A stretch of DNA of 62,453 nucleotides, the filler included, from Rhabdomonas costata (taxonomy: Eukaryota), in assembly GCA_019059605.1 (NCBI GenBank). It is 28 parts of 28 records of this genome, joined end to end, with 100 filler letters (N's around TTAATTAATTAA, not from the genome) between each part and the next. Parts side by side here need not be neighbours in the genome. Positions count along the whole stretch, not along the records: positions 1 to 2,136 come from JAHMHO010005371.1; positions 2,237 to 4,372 come from JAHMHO010005372.1; positions 4,473 to 6,606 come from JAHMHO010005373.1; positions 6,707 to 8,842 come from JAHMHO010005374.1; positions 8,943 to 11,078 come from JAHMHO010005375.1; positions 11,179 to 13,314 come from JAHMHO010005376.1; 22 more parts are not named here. The stretch is one strand, 5' to 3'. Of the stretch, positions 1 through 12,960 are shown piece after piece. Within the stretch, counting starts at the first letter, position 1, and each line of letters begins with the position of its first letter. The notes below the pieces were generated by a model. The model saw only the letters and a list, made by a program, of their open reading frames with translations. It searched no databases and was not told the origin of the DNA. Both the position numbers and the translations under genes were made by a program.

Positions 1-1519
1 GACTGCGCTTGCCGCCCGGATGGTTTCGAAGAGTTCGCTTGACACTGTGAAGACGCACGGAAAAAATGGGCAGGAGAACCAAAACCCAAACAAAACATTC
101 ACCAAGGTAGACATGCCTGCAGAGTAATCACAACGCTGAAAGATGGACGCAAAGCGTGCAATGCATCGAGAGCAAAATACTTCCAGCTGCCAGCCAGCCA
201 GCTCTGTTAAAGAACAAGGTGAAAACCTGGAAGGAAGAGGGTGCCGTCGAAAACAGTAAAATTTTTTTTGCCAAGCTCAAACTGCAAATTCAACCAGGCA
301 AAGAAAAGCGGGCACACCTCCGCAAGAAGAAAGGTGAGAAATCGCACGAGCAACGAGACGGACGAAGGCAGGGAGAATGGCCGAGAGCTGGGGTGGTGTC
401 AAGGAAACTTCTTCGTCATCTTTGCTTTCACAAAGCTGCAGGGTCCCCAGCATCAACGATACAAGCTCGTCAACTGACCTGAACGGCGGTTCGGCTGGTT
501 TATCCTGAACAAGGGGACAAAATGAAACGAACACGTGAGTTGGTCGGCTTCTGGGCAAGGGCAGCTCTGGTCCGTCCCCTCCCTCTCCATGGTGATAGCA
601 AATTCGCGACAGCGTTTGTTATCACATTGAAACCACGATACAGACGGCAAAACGACTGTTTGTGATCACTATCGATTTTTTGGGTCTCGACGAGGGATGT
701 CTTGTGGTTGATTATAACCAACCAGGTTTTTGGTTACTGTCCTGATGCAGCTTGCAGAAGGCCACTATTGCATAGCTACCCCTACCCCTACCCCGGTAAC
801 TAGCAGCCTCAACCGCTACAGTGGGTCGGGTTGTACCACGTATCCCATCTAACACTACACTACACTATGACCATGTACACTCAGTGGGTTTGATGGCTTG
901 CTTGGCCACGAATACACTTACTCGTGATGCCTGTTGAGTGATGTGTCGACCTAGCTGGTGTTGCGTGCATACAAATATCCACATATCCGCTCACAGTGTC
1001 GTCATCGACATCATCACCCTTACTCATGGAGGCTGGGTAGTCATAGCCAGGTCGTGTGGTTGCCAACCAGCTCACCTCCACTTCCACAATCGGGGTCAGT
1101 GCCCAGGTTCTGAGTGACGTTACACCACCGGTGGTCCATGTCATTCCTTCATTGCGCCTAGCCTTCGTACGCAGATTGTCGCTATCGGGACACTAATTGC
1201 TCAAGGCAGCTCTCATAGTCCTGTGTTCACGACGGTGATTCTAGATGCGGGGCTTCTACAGTTACACATCTCTCGGTAGGAGGAAGGATCGCCAACGGAA
1301 AACCAAGTGAGCGGGTAACATCACGGATCACACCGGGGTCATACAGGATCGCAGCAGAAGACAGACAAAGCACACGACGAAGACAGTCCAACACAGCCCC
1401 ACGGTGAGCCAAGTCCCAGCACCCAACACCCCAAAGTCTCCAAGGCGCCGACTCGGATGTTTGGTGCCAAGACAACGGTGTCCTTGTGAGCGACGCCAAA
1501 ACTCTGATGGCCATGCTGG

Positions 1520-2010
1520 GGCATCTTCGGACCTCATGGTCGTGCTAGGAAAACCTTTTGACAGCAGAGAAGCGGTGCTCCTTGTCCTCCAGCAAGTTCA
1601 AACGAAGTATCACCGGGCACTGGAGTTGCTGGCAAAGTTTCCGGATTCTCACATTGCCGTTGCCCTATTGCGTTACTGTTTCAGCGCAAAAATTGAACCA
1701 CCTGCTTTCGGTCTAATGGTCTCGAGATTTCAGCGACTTTGTCGACCAGACCACGGAGGACATCCATGCTACTCTGCGGGTTTTCGCCCTGTAGTGGAGC
1801 AAGCGACCCTGAGGTCCTGCAGCGGAATTGGCCTCCTGACATTGATCTCACCGCTGTGCACGTGCTGAACCACTCTCAACCATGGGATCCGTGCAGAAGC
1901 CGTTAAGGTGACGGAGTCCGCTGAGAATTGTGCCGCCTTATTCCTTTAGGAGTGGGCACGTTCGGGGCGCAAGGCCCGCAGGGCCGGAGGGTTTGGAGCG
2001 CTTTCCGGGC
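1520..2010 (+). mobile_element. Decayed, internally deleted non-LTR retrotransposon fragment (CRE/SLACS-like; post-RT region plus REL endonuclease remnant)
   Basis: Ordered motifs VVLGKPFDS...ALLRYC, QATLRSCSGIGL, AEAVK...ENC and LIPLGVGTFGAQG match the VLGxPxG / LLRxC / QAxL..GGLGL / AExxK / FxPLxxETFGxxG series of REL-type LINEs. Broken by frameshifts and stops. Confidence 0.6.
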
Positions 2011-2136
2011 CAGCGGCAGGCAGAGTGCTGGCAATCGGAGTTCAGGAATCGAAATCGAACTTCAGGAAGTTCCTGTTCCTGGGAGGAGATCGGCGCCCCT
2101 TCAGTTCGTCGATGATGGCTGTTTCCACCAAAACAA

Positions 2137-2236
2137 NNNNNNNNNNNNNNNNNNNNNNNNNNNNNNNNNNNNNNNNNNNNTTAATTAATTAANNNNNNNN
2201 NNNNNNNNNNNNNNNNNNNNNNNNNNNNNNNNNNNN
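2137..2236. other. Artificial contig-joining spacer (first of 27; the others start at 4373, 6607, 8843, 11079, 13315, 15550, 17785, 20020, 22255, 24490, 26724, 28959, 31193, 33422, 35656, 37889, 40124, 42358, 44592, 46821, 49055, 51285, 53525, 55756, 57989, 60221)
   Basis: Identical 44N-TTAATTAATTAA-44N block (stops in all six frames) recurring about every 2.23 kb; the flanking sequences are unrelated. Confidence 0.99.
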
Positions 2237-2774
2237 GGTGGGGGGTCTGCCCCACCCCCACATCCCTCGTCAAGGTGAGACACACAGTATACTTCAGGGC
2301 CCAAAAGTTTCAACATAGTTGCGAGAAGAAAATGCAGCATCACTAAATAACACTCGGGCACCTTATTGACACATGAATCGCATGCCCTCCCTCAAATCTC
2401 AAATCTCAAATCTCAGTTGAGAAAGAAAAAAGCAAGCCTTATAGTTTTCGGACAACGTCTTGTTTATTTACGAACGGAAGAACGCCCTTATCGGAGTGGA
2501 CACTTTGACTTGAGAAAGCTCAAGAAACGATGATTGTGACCAATTTAAAATACAACTAAAATACACCGGAAACAGCCTTATGAACCGCAGTCATAAAGGA
2601 GCACACGGTTCCATAAAGGAGTCTGCATCAAGCCGAGATCATGGCTGGGTACGCGTGGATGACAGAAGGAGGAAGGTTAAAGGGAAATATCGAAACATTC
2701 GTTTTCGAGGTGAAAAAAAGCACATTAGCAACACCATGAGAAACGCCCCGAGGTATGTGCGACCTAAACCAAAA

Positions 2775-3486
2775 GCCGCCAGCAAAGGTGCACACACCCA
2801 TCCGCGGCGGACGTTGAAGTTCGAGCCGGGCCACACCAGTCCCAAGTCCAGCAGCAGAGCGGGCACGCCCAGGGCGATAAACGCCGCCCAGCAGGTCAGC
2901 ACAATGCAGGACACGCACACGTACACGTCCTAAACAAAGAGCCGACAAATAGCTGATCACCACCGAGCAGAGGGATGACTACGTACAATGCAAACCCAGT
3001 CCCCAGTCAGGGCCCTCTTGACCCGCAAAAAAGGATCTATCAGGACGCCAGCCATCCAGGGGAGCAGCAGCCTGCATCCCCTAAGAAATTGCAGAGGAGC
3101 GAAAGCCAATTTTCAGCGGAATGGGGACCGCACATAGTTCGGTCAACTGTCCGATCAGCTGAGGGGCTAAACTTTTCTCAAGAACAACAAAAGGAGAAAG
3201 AAAAGAGAAAGAAGCAGTGCAAAAAAATATTACACGAACACTCACAGACTCAGATCACTCTAAAAGCCTCAAAAAAAACCGCGCACCCCCTTCCCCTCAC
3301 TCTGAACACATTCTCCATGCCTGCAGAGTGGTGGTGGCATCGGGGTAGAGGAGCAGGGTGTGGGCCTCGAAGTCCGTGAAGTGAGTGGTATTGCACCTTA
3401 GCACGTAGCTGTTGTTCAGAAGCGTGGGCTCAAAGCCCACGAAGGTCATCCCAATCTGAGACCACCTCTGGGTCGGGGTAAGGAAC
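2775..3486 (-). CDS. Two probable exons of an unidentified membrane protein (approx. 3397-3486 and 2775-2909)
   Basis: AG/GT-bounded segments with GC3-biased codons: FLTPTQRWSQIGMTFVGFEPTLLNNSYVL and DVYVCVSCIVLTCWAAFIALGVPALLLDLGLVWPGSNFNVRRGW. No family recognised. Confidence 0.35.
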
Positions 3487-3528
3487 CTGCCAACACGTCC
3501 GCGCCAAAATGGAGGGGTGGCGGGCGAC

Positions 3529-3558
3529 AGAGAGAGATTGAGAGAGAGAGAGAGAGAG
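3529..3558. repeat. (GA)n microsatellite
   Basis: Read directly from the sequence. Confidence 0.9.
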
Positions 3559-6500
3559 TCTCAGCGAAACGCTGTCGCAAAAGAGTGAGTTGGGTTGGAG
3601 TGGTACCGCTCCCCCCTTGGGGTCTTTTAGTGATAGATCCTCCTGTCCTTTCAGTGCCTCCTGTCTCGCTTGAGAAAAACGTCTTCTTGCTTGCCTGTAC
3701 CCCCGCTCTTAAACAACACTTTCAATGTCGTTCATCACAATCACATTACTGTATTAACGTTTCGTCTTCACAAAGGCATTCAAGGCAGTAGTTGCGTTGG
3801 TGCTCGGTTTTGAGTTGGTCGGAGTTTGGATGAAAGTAGGAAGACAGTAATGGTTCTCAAGGTAGTCGACACACCAGTCATCGGGCTCCAGTTAAAGGAG
3901 AGCGCGGATAGACCCAAGTGAAAGTGATAGGTGTTGCTTGAATGAAGACTGCGTTGCTGCTTGCATTCAAACATTCAAAAGTCAACAATATAAATCATGA
4001 TATTCCGATAAATGCACTTATGCCGCTTATGAAGTAGTTGGCATAGTGTACCTAACCCCGTTCCTTAAACCTAACATCCCCGATAAAAATGTGTCTGATT
4101 TAGCAGTGCTGAACCGAGCATCGCCCACCCCATGAAATGTCCCAACCCATCCGCCCGCTCCGGCCGCGCCGCGGACTGGCCTACGCGGTGCTAGTCTTCG
4201 CACTTAAAACAATTGAATTACTTTTTTATTGCCATTTCCTGGAAACGCTTCGCCCTTGCGTTCTCACCTAATCGTTTAGCTCTGCTAATCCCCGCCTACA
4301 ATGCGATTGTCCCAGAAGTTGTGAACGATGTTGATGCAGGAAGAAGCTGAAGTTGTTTCCCCCCCCCCAACANNNNNNNNNNNNNNNNNNNNNNNNNNNN
4401 NNNNNNNNNNNNNNNNTTAATTAATTAANNNNNNNNNNNNNNNNNNNNNNNNNNNNNNNNNNNNNNNNNNNNGTGGGGGGGGGTAACTGCGTAGCCATTG
4501 TGTTGTGGTGATGGCTTGGATCGTCGACATGTGGACAGCACTTCGAAACCGCCCAGGACCTGGGTTTTATAAACATGAATCAGAGTGCGGAGGCCAACCG
4601 ATTCCTTCTCAAGTGCTTCCATTTCTCTCATGTTATAATTTTCCTGCAAAAAAAGGGAGATACAAATGGATATACAAATAGCGCAAGTTCCACTGCAACT
4701 CGGCTTCCTTCATCATCATGGTCACAAATTTTGAGGCTCTCATGTCATGAGAACTGGTTTCCTTTTTTCCTCAGTTTGAATAGGTACATTACATCCTGCG
4801 GGGAGTTTCACCTTGGCCGCGCGTCGCTGGTTGTGCTTCCGTGGCAGAGGTGGAGGACTTGGTGATGCAGCAGCGCTACAAGCGGAGCGGGTGCTCACCT
4901 CATTGGACCGCTGAGGAGAACCTGACTCTGCGAGCGCATGTCTCCGCCACTTTGTTTTGCAACACTCACCAACAGATCCATTAACACGTGTAGGCTACTC
5001 CATATTTTCTGCTGCGCACGCGTTTTATCTACACCTATGCATTAGTTATGCCCAAATGTGAGCGTGCAATGTTGCTCTCTCAACTTCTTCTCCAAAGTGC
5101 CTAACGTTCTGAATGGAACCGTTTGCTCCATTTTCGGGAACGTGCGCATTTTACCACTATTCTGACATGACCAATTTGCATTTAATGGCACAGTTTGGAA
5201 TCTAATGTTGGGTAGATCCGCTGTGTTCAAAATTAAAAACCAGTTCGATCCGCTGACTTTGCATTGTATCTCCTTTGCTGTGTGGTATTGTGCAGGTTTT
5301 CTTCGCAATAATGCCCATTCAATGAAGTCAAGTTTTATGATAGTAAAATGTCTTCCAGTATGAACCTCGACTTTTAGGTTCAAAGCGCCATAGTCTGGTT
5401 TCCATTTTCTTTAATTTGCAGGAGATTTTCATATGTCTGCCTGAGGTTGTGTTATTTTTTTTTTGTCACTGTTGATCTGGCCATGTAATGTCTTCTGAGA
5501 TTTTTTGATGCGTGAGTAATTGCGTATGGGGTCACACCAACATAAACACAAACACTTCGCGTCCAACCTTGCTTTCAAATGATTGACGGTTTGATGGCTG
5601 CCTTGAGGCTGCGGAAGCGCTCCGTAGACGAAACGTTTGGGTATCTGGTGCGGTTTGAAGCACAGCAGCTCCAGGAAAAGGTCGACATTTGCACAAAATT
5701 TCGGTGCAACGCCAAACTCCGAGGTGTCTGTGACAAGTGTTATTCCATTAACGTCCCCAGTCACCATTGGCTCATCTATTTTCTTGGTCTTGGTGAGGGC
5801 GCCTTGATAAGATATCTGCGTGCATGCGGTGGTAGCCAGTATACTAGTAGCGGGGAGGAACTTTAACTTGTGACTTTTGATGTTGCGTACGTATCCCGAT
5901 GTCGAAAAGTTAAACAAAGAAAACTCCATTGGTTAGAACACTGGTTGGCGGTTTGGTTTCCGACCCCAAGAGAGGAATATTGATTGTATTTGTCCCATGT
6001 TTTATTATGATGATGTTTGCAACAGCTCTCTGTGCGCAGCCGGGGGTTGGGTGCAAAAGAGGCGGAAGATTAGCCCCACACGCTGAGACATTCAGCCCCG
6101 TCCCATTTCCTCCGAGTACATGGCTGCACTCGCCCTCTGCACATGGTCGCAGGACTGGAAAATGGAGTACATGGCAGCCGCGCAGTTCAGACGATGCTGC
6201 GTGAGCTACTGGCAAGACCTATGCTGGGTGATGATGAGGTGTTTTTGTTTGTGTGTTACGTAATTTGTCATTGTTGATGAGGTATGCTGAAACAACTGAA
6301 AGCAGCAGATGAGAATCTAAAATGCCCAAAGGTTCCGTGCCACGGCGCATTGGCCGTGCCGCGTTTGCCTCATTTGTTGTCAGATGATATTGTGGTGAGG
6401 ATCACTAACAGAACAGACAAAGCGAGACTCCCAAGCCATAAAAGCTACACTGGGCAAAGGTAACTGGAACTTTGCGGTTAAATGCGTCGTTGAAATTTCT

Positions 6501-6931
6501 CGAGAATCACGGCAAAATGATGGAAAAGAGGTATCGCCTAAAGAAGATTCGAAACCAGTTGGAGACAAAAACCTGCCCAGCAACAATTACCCGCGTGATC
6601 GATGCTNNNNNNNNNNNNNNNNNNNNNNNNNNNNNNNNNNNNNNNNNNNNTTAATTAATTAANNNNNNNNNNNNNNNNNNNNNNNNNNNNNNNNNNNNNN
6701 NNNNNNGGGTGGGGGGTGCTTCAGGTGACTCTGGGTGCGGGTGTTCTCCTAAGTGTTTACACGCTTCAACATGAACTTGCAGCGGTTGGAGTTGTAGTGC
6801 CGCGTGAAGGGTCACTCATGATTGCAAACCAGAAACCCAGCAACGAATGAGGCACGCACTAACAACACTACGCAATTCCTGTGAAACGCAGAAATTGCTC
6901 ATTTTCTTCTGCAAGTTTGAAGGCGTGAAAC

Positions 6932-7122
6932 CTCTGGTCCAACTCCACAATGTCATCCGGGTCAACGCCAGTCTCCAGGGACTCCTGGTAGATCAAGTGG
7001 CGGTTGTTCAGCGACAGTTGGTTGTGGGAGAGTTCCCAGGCCTTGCCGTTTTGCTTCTCCTCCTTCCCGTCATTGTCCGGGTTCAGGTGCTTGTAATAAT
7101 GGTTCTGGTGAATCACCAGCAT
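6932..7122 (-). CDS. Probable internal exon of an unidentified protein
   Basis: CAG acceptor, codon-biased MLVIHQNHYYKHLNPDNDGKEEKQNGKAWELSHNQLSLNNRHLIYQESLETGVDPDDIVELDQ, then AG|GT. Confidence 0.4.
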
Positions 7123-9310
7123 CTGCGCAATCAAAAGAAGAAGCAATCAATGGAAGCAAGAGCTCTTTCGATACGAGAAGTCATTGATGCAAAACCTCAC
7201 GGAAACGCCAGTTTACGTGCTAGTTGTAGAATTCCTCTCGGCCAAAACACGACGAAACAGCTGCATCTTTCTGTATCACGCCTTGGATAGAAGTCCTGCA
7301 GGCAAGCCATTCCCAATGTGTGAAAACAAAAAGACTTGTAATTAAATCTGTTCACAAGAACAGACCCGCGTACAATGATCTGGAATGTGGGGGCTCTACC
7401 TGAAACCCGGCATCTGAAACCCGGACGTTTGGTCAAAAACCTGTAAAAACCACCACAAATTCAATTAAACCAATTAAAATCAGTCAAAACCACTGAAAAC
7501 CCACTCCAAACCATATACACCGACACCCAACTCCATTTCAGTTGCCACGGAGTGTTTGGTTGGAAGTTTGCGCCGAAGGAATAGTGGGTTGTTTTTTCTA
7601 TAAAGAAGTCCGCCACAGTGTGATAACTGCGCTGCTTTCACATTTGGCTGAAAAAGGCTTGTCGCAACAGTAATTATATACACGGTGTGATTGTTTGTAC
7701 AGCTTAGCATGTGCTGTTCTCCAGCCGCTGCCTGGCCTTGGCGCTTTGGGTCATCTTGGTGACGATGTGCACATAAAGACATGCACAAATACCATTGCCA
7801 CGTTACATGATGCCATATGAGAATAGAGCGCCATATTCTGAGAGGCCAATAACAATTGCCGTAGTTAGTCATCCGGATTACCTCTACCTCCACGCCATAA
7901 TATGGTTAAGCATCACGATATATTATACTGAGTGCGTATACACGTAGTAATACGCACATACATATCGTTCCACCAGTCACTCCGTCAGTCGCTCTGTATC
8001 ATAACGAGGCTGCTTTACGCCATAGCCTAGCATTCATCACGAGTTATTTTATCCTACGCCCTACTACGTAGGTTATCTTTCACGTGTCCTTAAAGAACCG
8101 CTACACTCGTATCTTCGGGCGTATCTGAAACCACATTGTCCCCATTAATACTCGATATTACTAGGATACCTTGGCTTTCTTCTGTTCACGTCAGTACTAG
8201 GTACAACAGCATCAGTGACATCCACACGGATACACGCGATATCCGGATGGAACACGAACACAAAAAAGAACATAAATAAATACACAAGCTAGAAATCCAC
8301 CAACATCAACCGCGCCACACACACATCATCTAATCTACCAACATCACCACCACACACAGCACCAACACTACCACCCAAATCGATGTAAACACGAGCCCCA
8401 GAATCAACCACTCCACTGACAACATGACCTGGAATACCACCATACTCCACGAGAAGACACCACAACAAATCCACCAACACCACACTATCTAGTACACCCA
8501 CCAACACCAATGTCATAGCTACAAACACACATCCATCACACAACTACGCCAGCAGCACCAACAGTGAGATAGACACACAACCTACGACACGTCAACGACC
8601 ATTGCACCAAACCAACCGATCACCATACACTCTACCAAACGAATATTGCACACACCAATCCTACCAACCTACGCACACAAACCACCATACTACACCCATT
8701 GCTACACTACACAAACAGAAACTATACAATATCACAATACCACAATGATACAAATCCACAAGAGAGAAACAAATCCAACACCTTAATGCAAACTTCGGAG
8801 TGCAAAGCCTGACATAAAAAACTTTGCACCATACAAAAAAACNNNNNNNNNNNNNNNNNNNNNNNNNNNNNNNNNNNNNNNNNNNNTTAATTAATTAANN
8901 NNNNNNNNNNNNNNNNNNNNNNNNNNNNNNNNNNNNNNNNNNTGGGTTGGTGTCACTAAGTTTTCACAGTCTTCGACCCACCTTTTCTGGTACGCTGTTC
9001 TCCTCTCTTAATCGCTGCATCTTTCCTGCTGCCACAGCTGACGTCGCCGCAACTGTTCTCCTCTCTGTCTCTCTCTCTCTTGCTCCCAGGTCTACTGCGC
9101 CTATTATTGTCCGTGGCGCCCCCGTGGAGTCCCACGCTTTCTCCGCTTTTTCCGTCTCTCGCGCCTCGGTCCATTCGATCCATTACCATCTCTCCTTTCA
9201 CTCAGGCCACTGGCTCCGATCCCCCCCCCCCTTCTATGGCTTTCTCCGCTCTCATTGCCATATCTGTCCCCCGCATACTTCACGTAATGCAATCAAAATG
9301 TACGGGAACA

Positions 9311-11078
9311 TTATGGGGGGGGGGGGGTACGGTAGACCCAGGTGAGAAGGTTCTTCGACGCCGATTCTCTCGTTCCACTGTTCCACTCGTTCCACTGATC
9401 GTGTGCGCATCCCATGATATGGTAGAGAGAGCAGAGCCAAAACAGGCAACGCAAAGAAAGTTGCACAGCATACTGCATAAAAAGCTCTGCTCCTGCATGA
9501 CTGATGCACACCACCGTACCAAACTGAAGACCAAAGCCCTCCGCTGCAGAATGAAAGATCGAAAACCTCCGGTCGTTACCGGGAATGGACAGGGTGTTGT
9601 GTACGGGGCAGAATTCCGCAGACGGCGTGCTTGATCTTGAGGAGCGAGATACCCTCAACGGGTTGGATGAGCTGTTATACTGGGAGGATGGATCTACCCG
9701 AGGTAGAGACTGTCCATTCTCGGGCGTCGCCACCTGGGATGGAAGAAAGTGCCGAAAGCGCGACAAGCTGACCACCATTCTAGCGAAGGCATGTTGGATG
9801 TCACCCAGCTCCAGAAAAATCGTGGATGACAGCTGCACGCCCTCCACTGCATCCCCGCAACCTTGGCCATCACTCGGGAGAGATGCCGCACAACGTGGAC
9901 AATCCGAAACACCACAAATGTGGTCAGCGCAAGGCAGCCCGCCAGGACACACCCAGCGACAGTGACAAACCCCACAACTGCAGAGCGGAGGCTGGATGTC
10001 GTTTCAACTGTTAGCTTGACTGTCGCGTCTGCACTGCTGGCAAGGTCACCCAGGGTATTCTGGAGGCTCTCTGTAATACTCATTAAGTCCTGACCCTGCA
10101 CCAAAACATTGGTCAGCTCCTCAGCAGCGGAGCTCACTCTTCCTTGGAACTCCATTTTCGGAGTCAGCTGGCAGGAAAGCCAGTGCAAGCCCCTGCGGTA
10201 GAACGCCAGTGTGCTGCACAAGTAAGCGGTGCCGTTCCACGTTGTTTCCGAATAACTTGTACTGACACTCTCCAGGGATCCAAACGAGGTCTTCAGCCCT
10301 GCCACGGCTGCTCGAAGCAAGTCGTTAGGAAACTCCTCTGCCGCGTAGGGCTCTAGAGAGTCATCGGTGCTACTAGTTGTGAACAGTGGGACTCCGGTGA
10401 AAGTATGGACAATCACACCATGGTTTCGCCCAAGGTCCACAACAAAGGCCACAGACAGCGGAGAGACCAGGCTGCGCTGAAGCGTAGTGCTCAGAAAGTC
10501 CATATCCAAATCAGCACCAAAAATCCCCGAAAGGCTGCCATTCTTGGTCGACAACCACCGAGAATAAAGCAGGGCAGGGGGCATCGCGTCTCCGTTGATG
10601 ACGTCAGAGTAAACATAGGAATACCACAACATCCCAGCAGTCTCAAGGATAGACAGCTGGTATTCTGTGTACATGTTAGAGGTTGCATTTTCGTCCTTCC
10701 ACAGGTAGTTTTGATATGTCACTTTTGGGTCGTCATCCCAATAAACGTATCGCCCATCGTTCCCCATTGCGTAAAATGTGTAATTGGGGGAGCTACCCCA
10801 CCCACAGTCGGTAAACACCTCCGCCACCTCGGGGTTTGGCTCGTCATAGTAGACATATTTGAAGAACGAAGGGAAGCCATGAACCTGCTCCAGAAACTGC
10901 ACCGCAAACGAAGCCAACGTCTGGTGCGGTGAGTTAATGTTGCATGACTTCAGAAAGCCCGTCTCCCAAGCCAAGTGCAAGGCGTCTGTGACACTCTCCG
11001 CAGCGTCCAACCGACTGCTTACGGCGTCACCCATCTGTTTCATGGCAATCGAGTGCACTTGAAGGACGACACCAACCC
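9311..11078 (-). CDS. Cache-like sensor + TM + HAMP-like receptor (receptor adenylate-cyclase-like architecture), 5'-partial, 1-nt frameshift near 9846
   Basis: ORF 9694-11058 has Cache-like motifs (WYSYVY...GIFGADLDMDFLSTTL...AFVVD...GLHWL) and a hydrophobic helix. The HAMP-like motif LSRVMAKVAGMQ continues in another frame as EGVQLS...ELGDIQHAFARMVVSLSRFRHFLP (ORF 9311-9952). Confidence 0.6.
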
Positions 11079-11216
11079 NNNNNNNNNNNNNNNNNNNNNN
11101 NNNNNNNNNNNNNNNNNNNNNNTTAATTAATTAANNNNNNNNNNNNNNNNNNNNNNNNNNNNNNNNNNNNNNNNNNNNCGATATTGTGTCTGCTGTGGTC
11201 TGTGTCGATTCCTTAG

Positions 11217-12076
11217 GTTTCTTTTGGATGGGCTGCATGAGGACCTGAACATGGTCACAGGGTCGGTGCCCTATAAGGAGCTGAAGGACATCCCGGGAGA
11301 GTCGGAAATGGTAGGGTGCACGGAGGGGGGTGGGGGTGGATTCAGTTGTGTGCTGATGGGGTGTGTGGCCTGTCATTGCACGAAACCTACCTCGAAATCC
11401 AATCTGCGCCACTATATGTCGATTGCTCTCCATGCTCCTCATCCCTCACCCCCCACCCGTGGGTTTTGTCGCTGACTGTGTTGTTTTGGAGTGCGCTGTG
11501 CAGTTTTCGGTGCCATTTCTTCACGCAGGAAGCGTGCTGAGGAAACCTCGCGGTGGGCTTCGGTTGGTTGCCACAATCCGAACGACATACACAAATTGAC
11601 ATCAGGCAGCCAATCGGACTACTACTTCAGGGAAAACGCGACGCGTAGGTCGAGGTACACCCCCACACACATGGACGCACGTACACGTAAAGACATGCAG
11701 GCATCTTCAACTGGGACGAGGCGGTTCTTAATTTGTCCCAGGAGAATTTCAAAGAACGCCGTAAGACCTGTGGTGAGTGTTTGTGTGGACGGGTGCGTGT
11801 TCAGGCGATGTCCCGGAGATGGTGGGATGTCCACAAGCAGCGCAACGACAGCTTCCTGATTGACCTGTTCTGTGGGCAGCTCCGCAGCGTGGTGACCTGT
11901 ATGCGGTGCTCGAACACCTCGAAGGCGTTCGACCCCTTCATGGACCTCAGCCTGATGATCCCCACGGGCTCTTCCTCCTCCGCCACCACCGGGCTGGCCT
12001 CCAGGACCGGTCCCGTTACTCTCGCCGACTGCCTGGATCGTTTTCTGCAGGAGGAGACCCTGATCAACACGGAGAG
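11217..12076 (+). CDS. Ubiquitin-specific protease (peptidase C19, USP2/8-like), partial; exons 11217-11310, 11805-12076
   Basis: FLLDGLHEDLN; SFLIDLFCGQLRSVVTCMRC...FDPFMDLSL...TLADCLDRFLQEETL; GT-AG intron keeps the frame. Confidence 0.9.
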
Positions 12077-12120
12077 GCAACCCCCACCCCCCACAACAGA
12101 GCAAAGAACCCAGAAAGGAC

Positions 12121-12960
12121 CTTGCGGCGCTCCACTCTGCTGAGGTACTCCGCGAGGCAGTCGTGGTGTAGGTCCCGGACCCGGGCCTGCAGGGCCGCCG
12201 GTAGGCCTGCCATGGCCTCCGCACTGGCCACCATCTGGCTCAGCAGGACCATCCCCCTGGACCGCGCCAGGCAGGGCGACAACGGGGGCTCCCCAGCAGC
12301 CATCGCCAAGCTGACCTCCTTGGCAACCTGAGGGCCCATGTCATGTACTGAGAGCGAAAGAAGCGCTGACCAGAGTTCTGCACAAATATAATGCAGTGCG
12401 CCGCCGTCCGCCGCTTCAGGTTCAGCGTAAGCACACGATGAAGCAAACTGGAAGGTGGCAGGTTGTGAAGAGATTCTGGGGATTAAGGTGAAGAGCAAAG
12501 AAATACCGGCATGGGCACGTTAATTTGAATAAAAAAAGCTGTGACTCGTAGAACGACAAGTAAGCAACCAACCCAATAGGATTACAGGCAACCTGCCTCA
12601 TTTTTCGGTATTATTGCTCTTCAAATTCAGTCTTTGCGACGATTCCCGGGTGGTTTGCTCACAGAAACTTGATCCTTATCAATTTGGTATGGATGCAACT
12701 CTTGCCAACATATGAAAAGACTAGTCGAATAAAAATGAACCCCCCAAAACTCCCGTAAAGATAAAAGTCGTCCAAAATTTGGAACAGCTCTCGCACAGTT
12801 TCGCAGATCCAATTAAACCTGTCCACAGCGATATAAAAAAGAGATGGGCCAGTAAGGGTGCCAGCGAGGCACCAAAGAATACCAGAACGTGTATGTATAA
12901 TACCTTCTCCCAATCCAAGCCGTGGCGATCCATGGCCGACAGCAAAGCTTCCGCTGGAAC
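12121..12960 (-). CDS. Two exons (12904-12960, 12121-12327) of an unidentified protein with a SANT/Myb-like stretch
   Basis: Phase-0 GT-AG join gives EALLSAMDRHGLDWEK|VAKEVSLAM..., resembling the LLxAxxxxGxxWxxVA helix-turn-helix. Confidence 0.45.

Noticed and set aside
6740..6931. Codon-biased minus-strand frame PFTRHYNSNRCKFMLKRVNT* not joinable to the upstream exon by GT-AG, suggesting a non-conventional intron or TGA recoding
   Set aside because: There is no recognisable homolog to fix the frame, and a canonical join exists in another frame.
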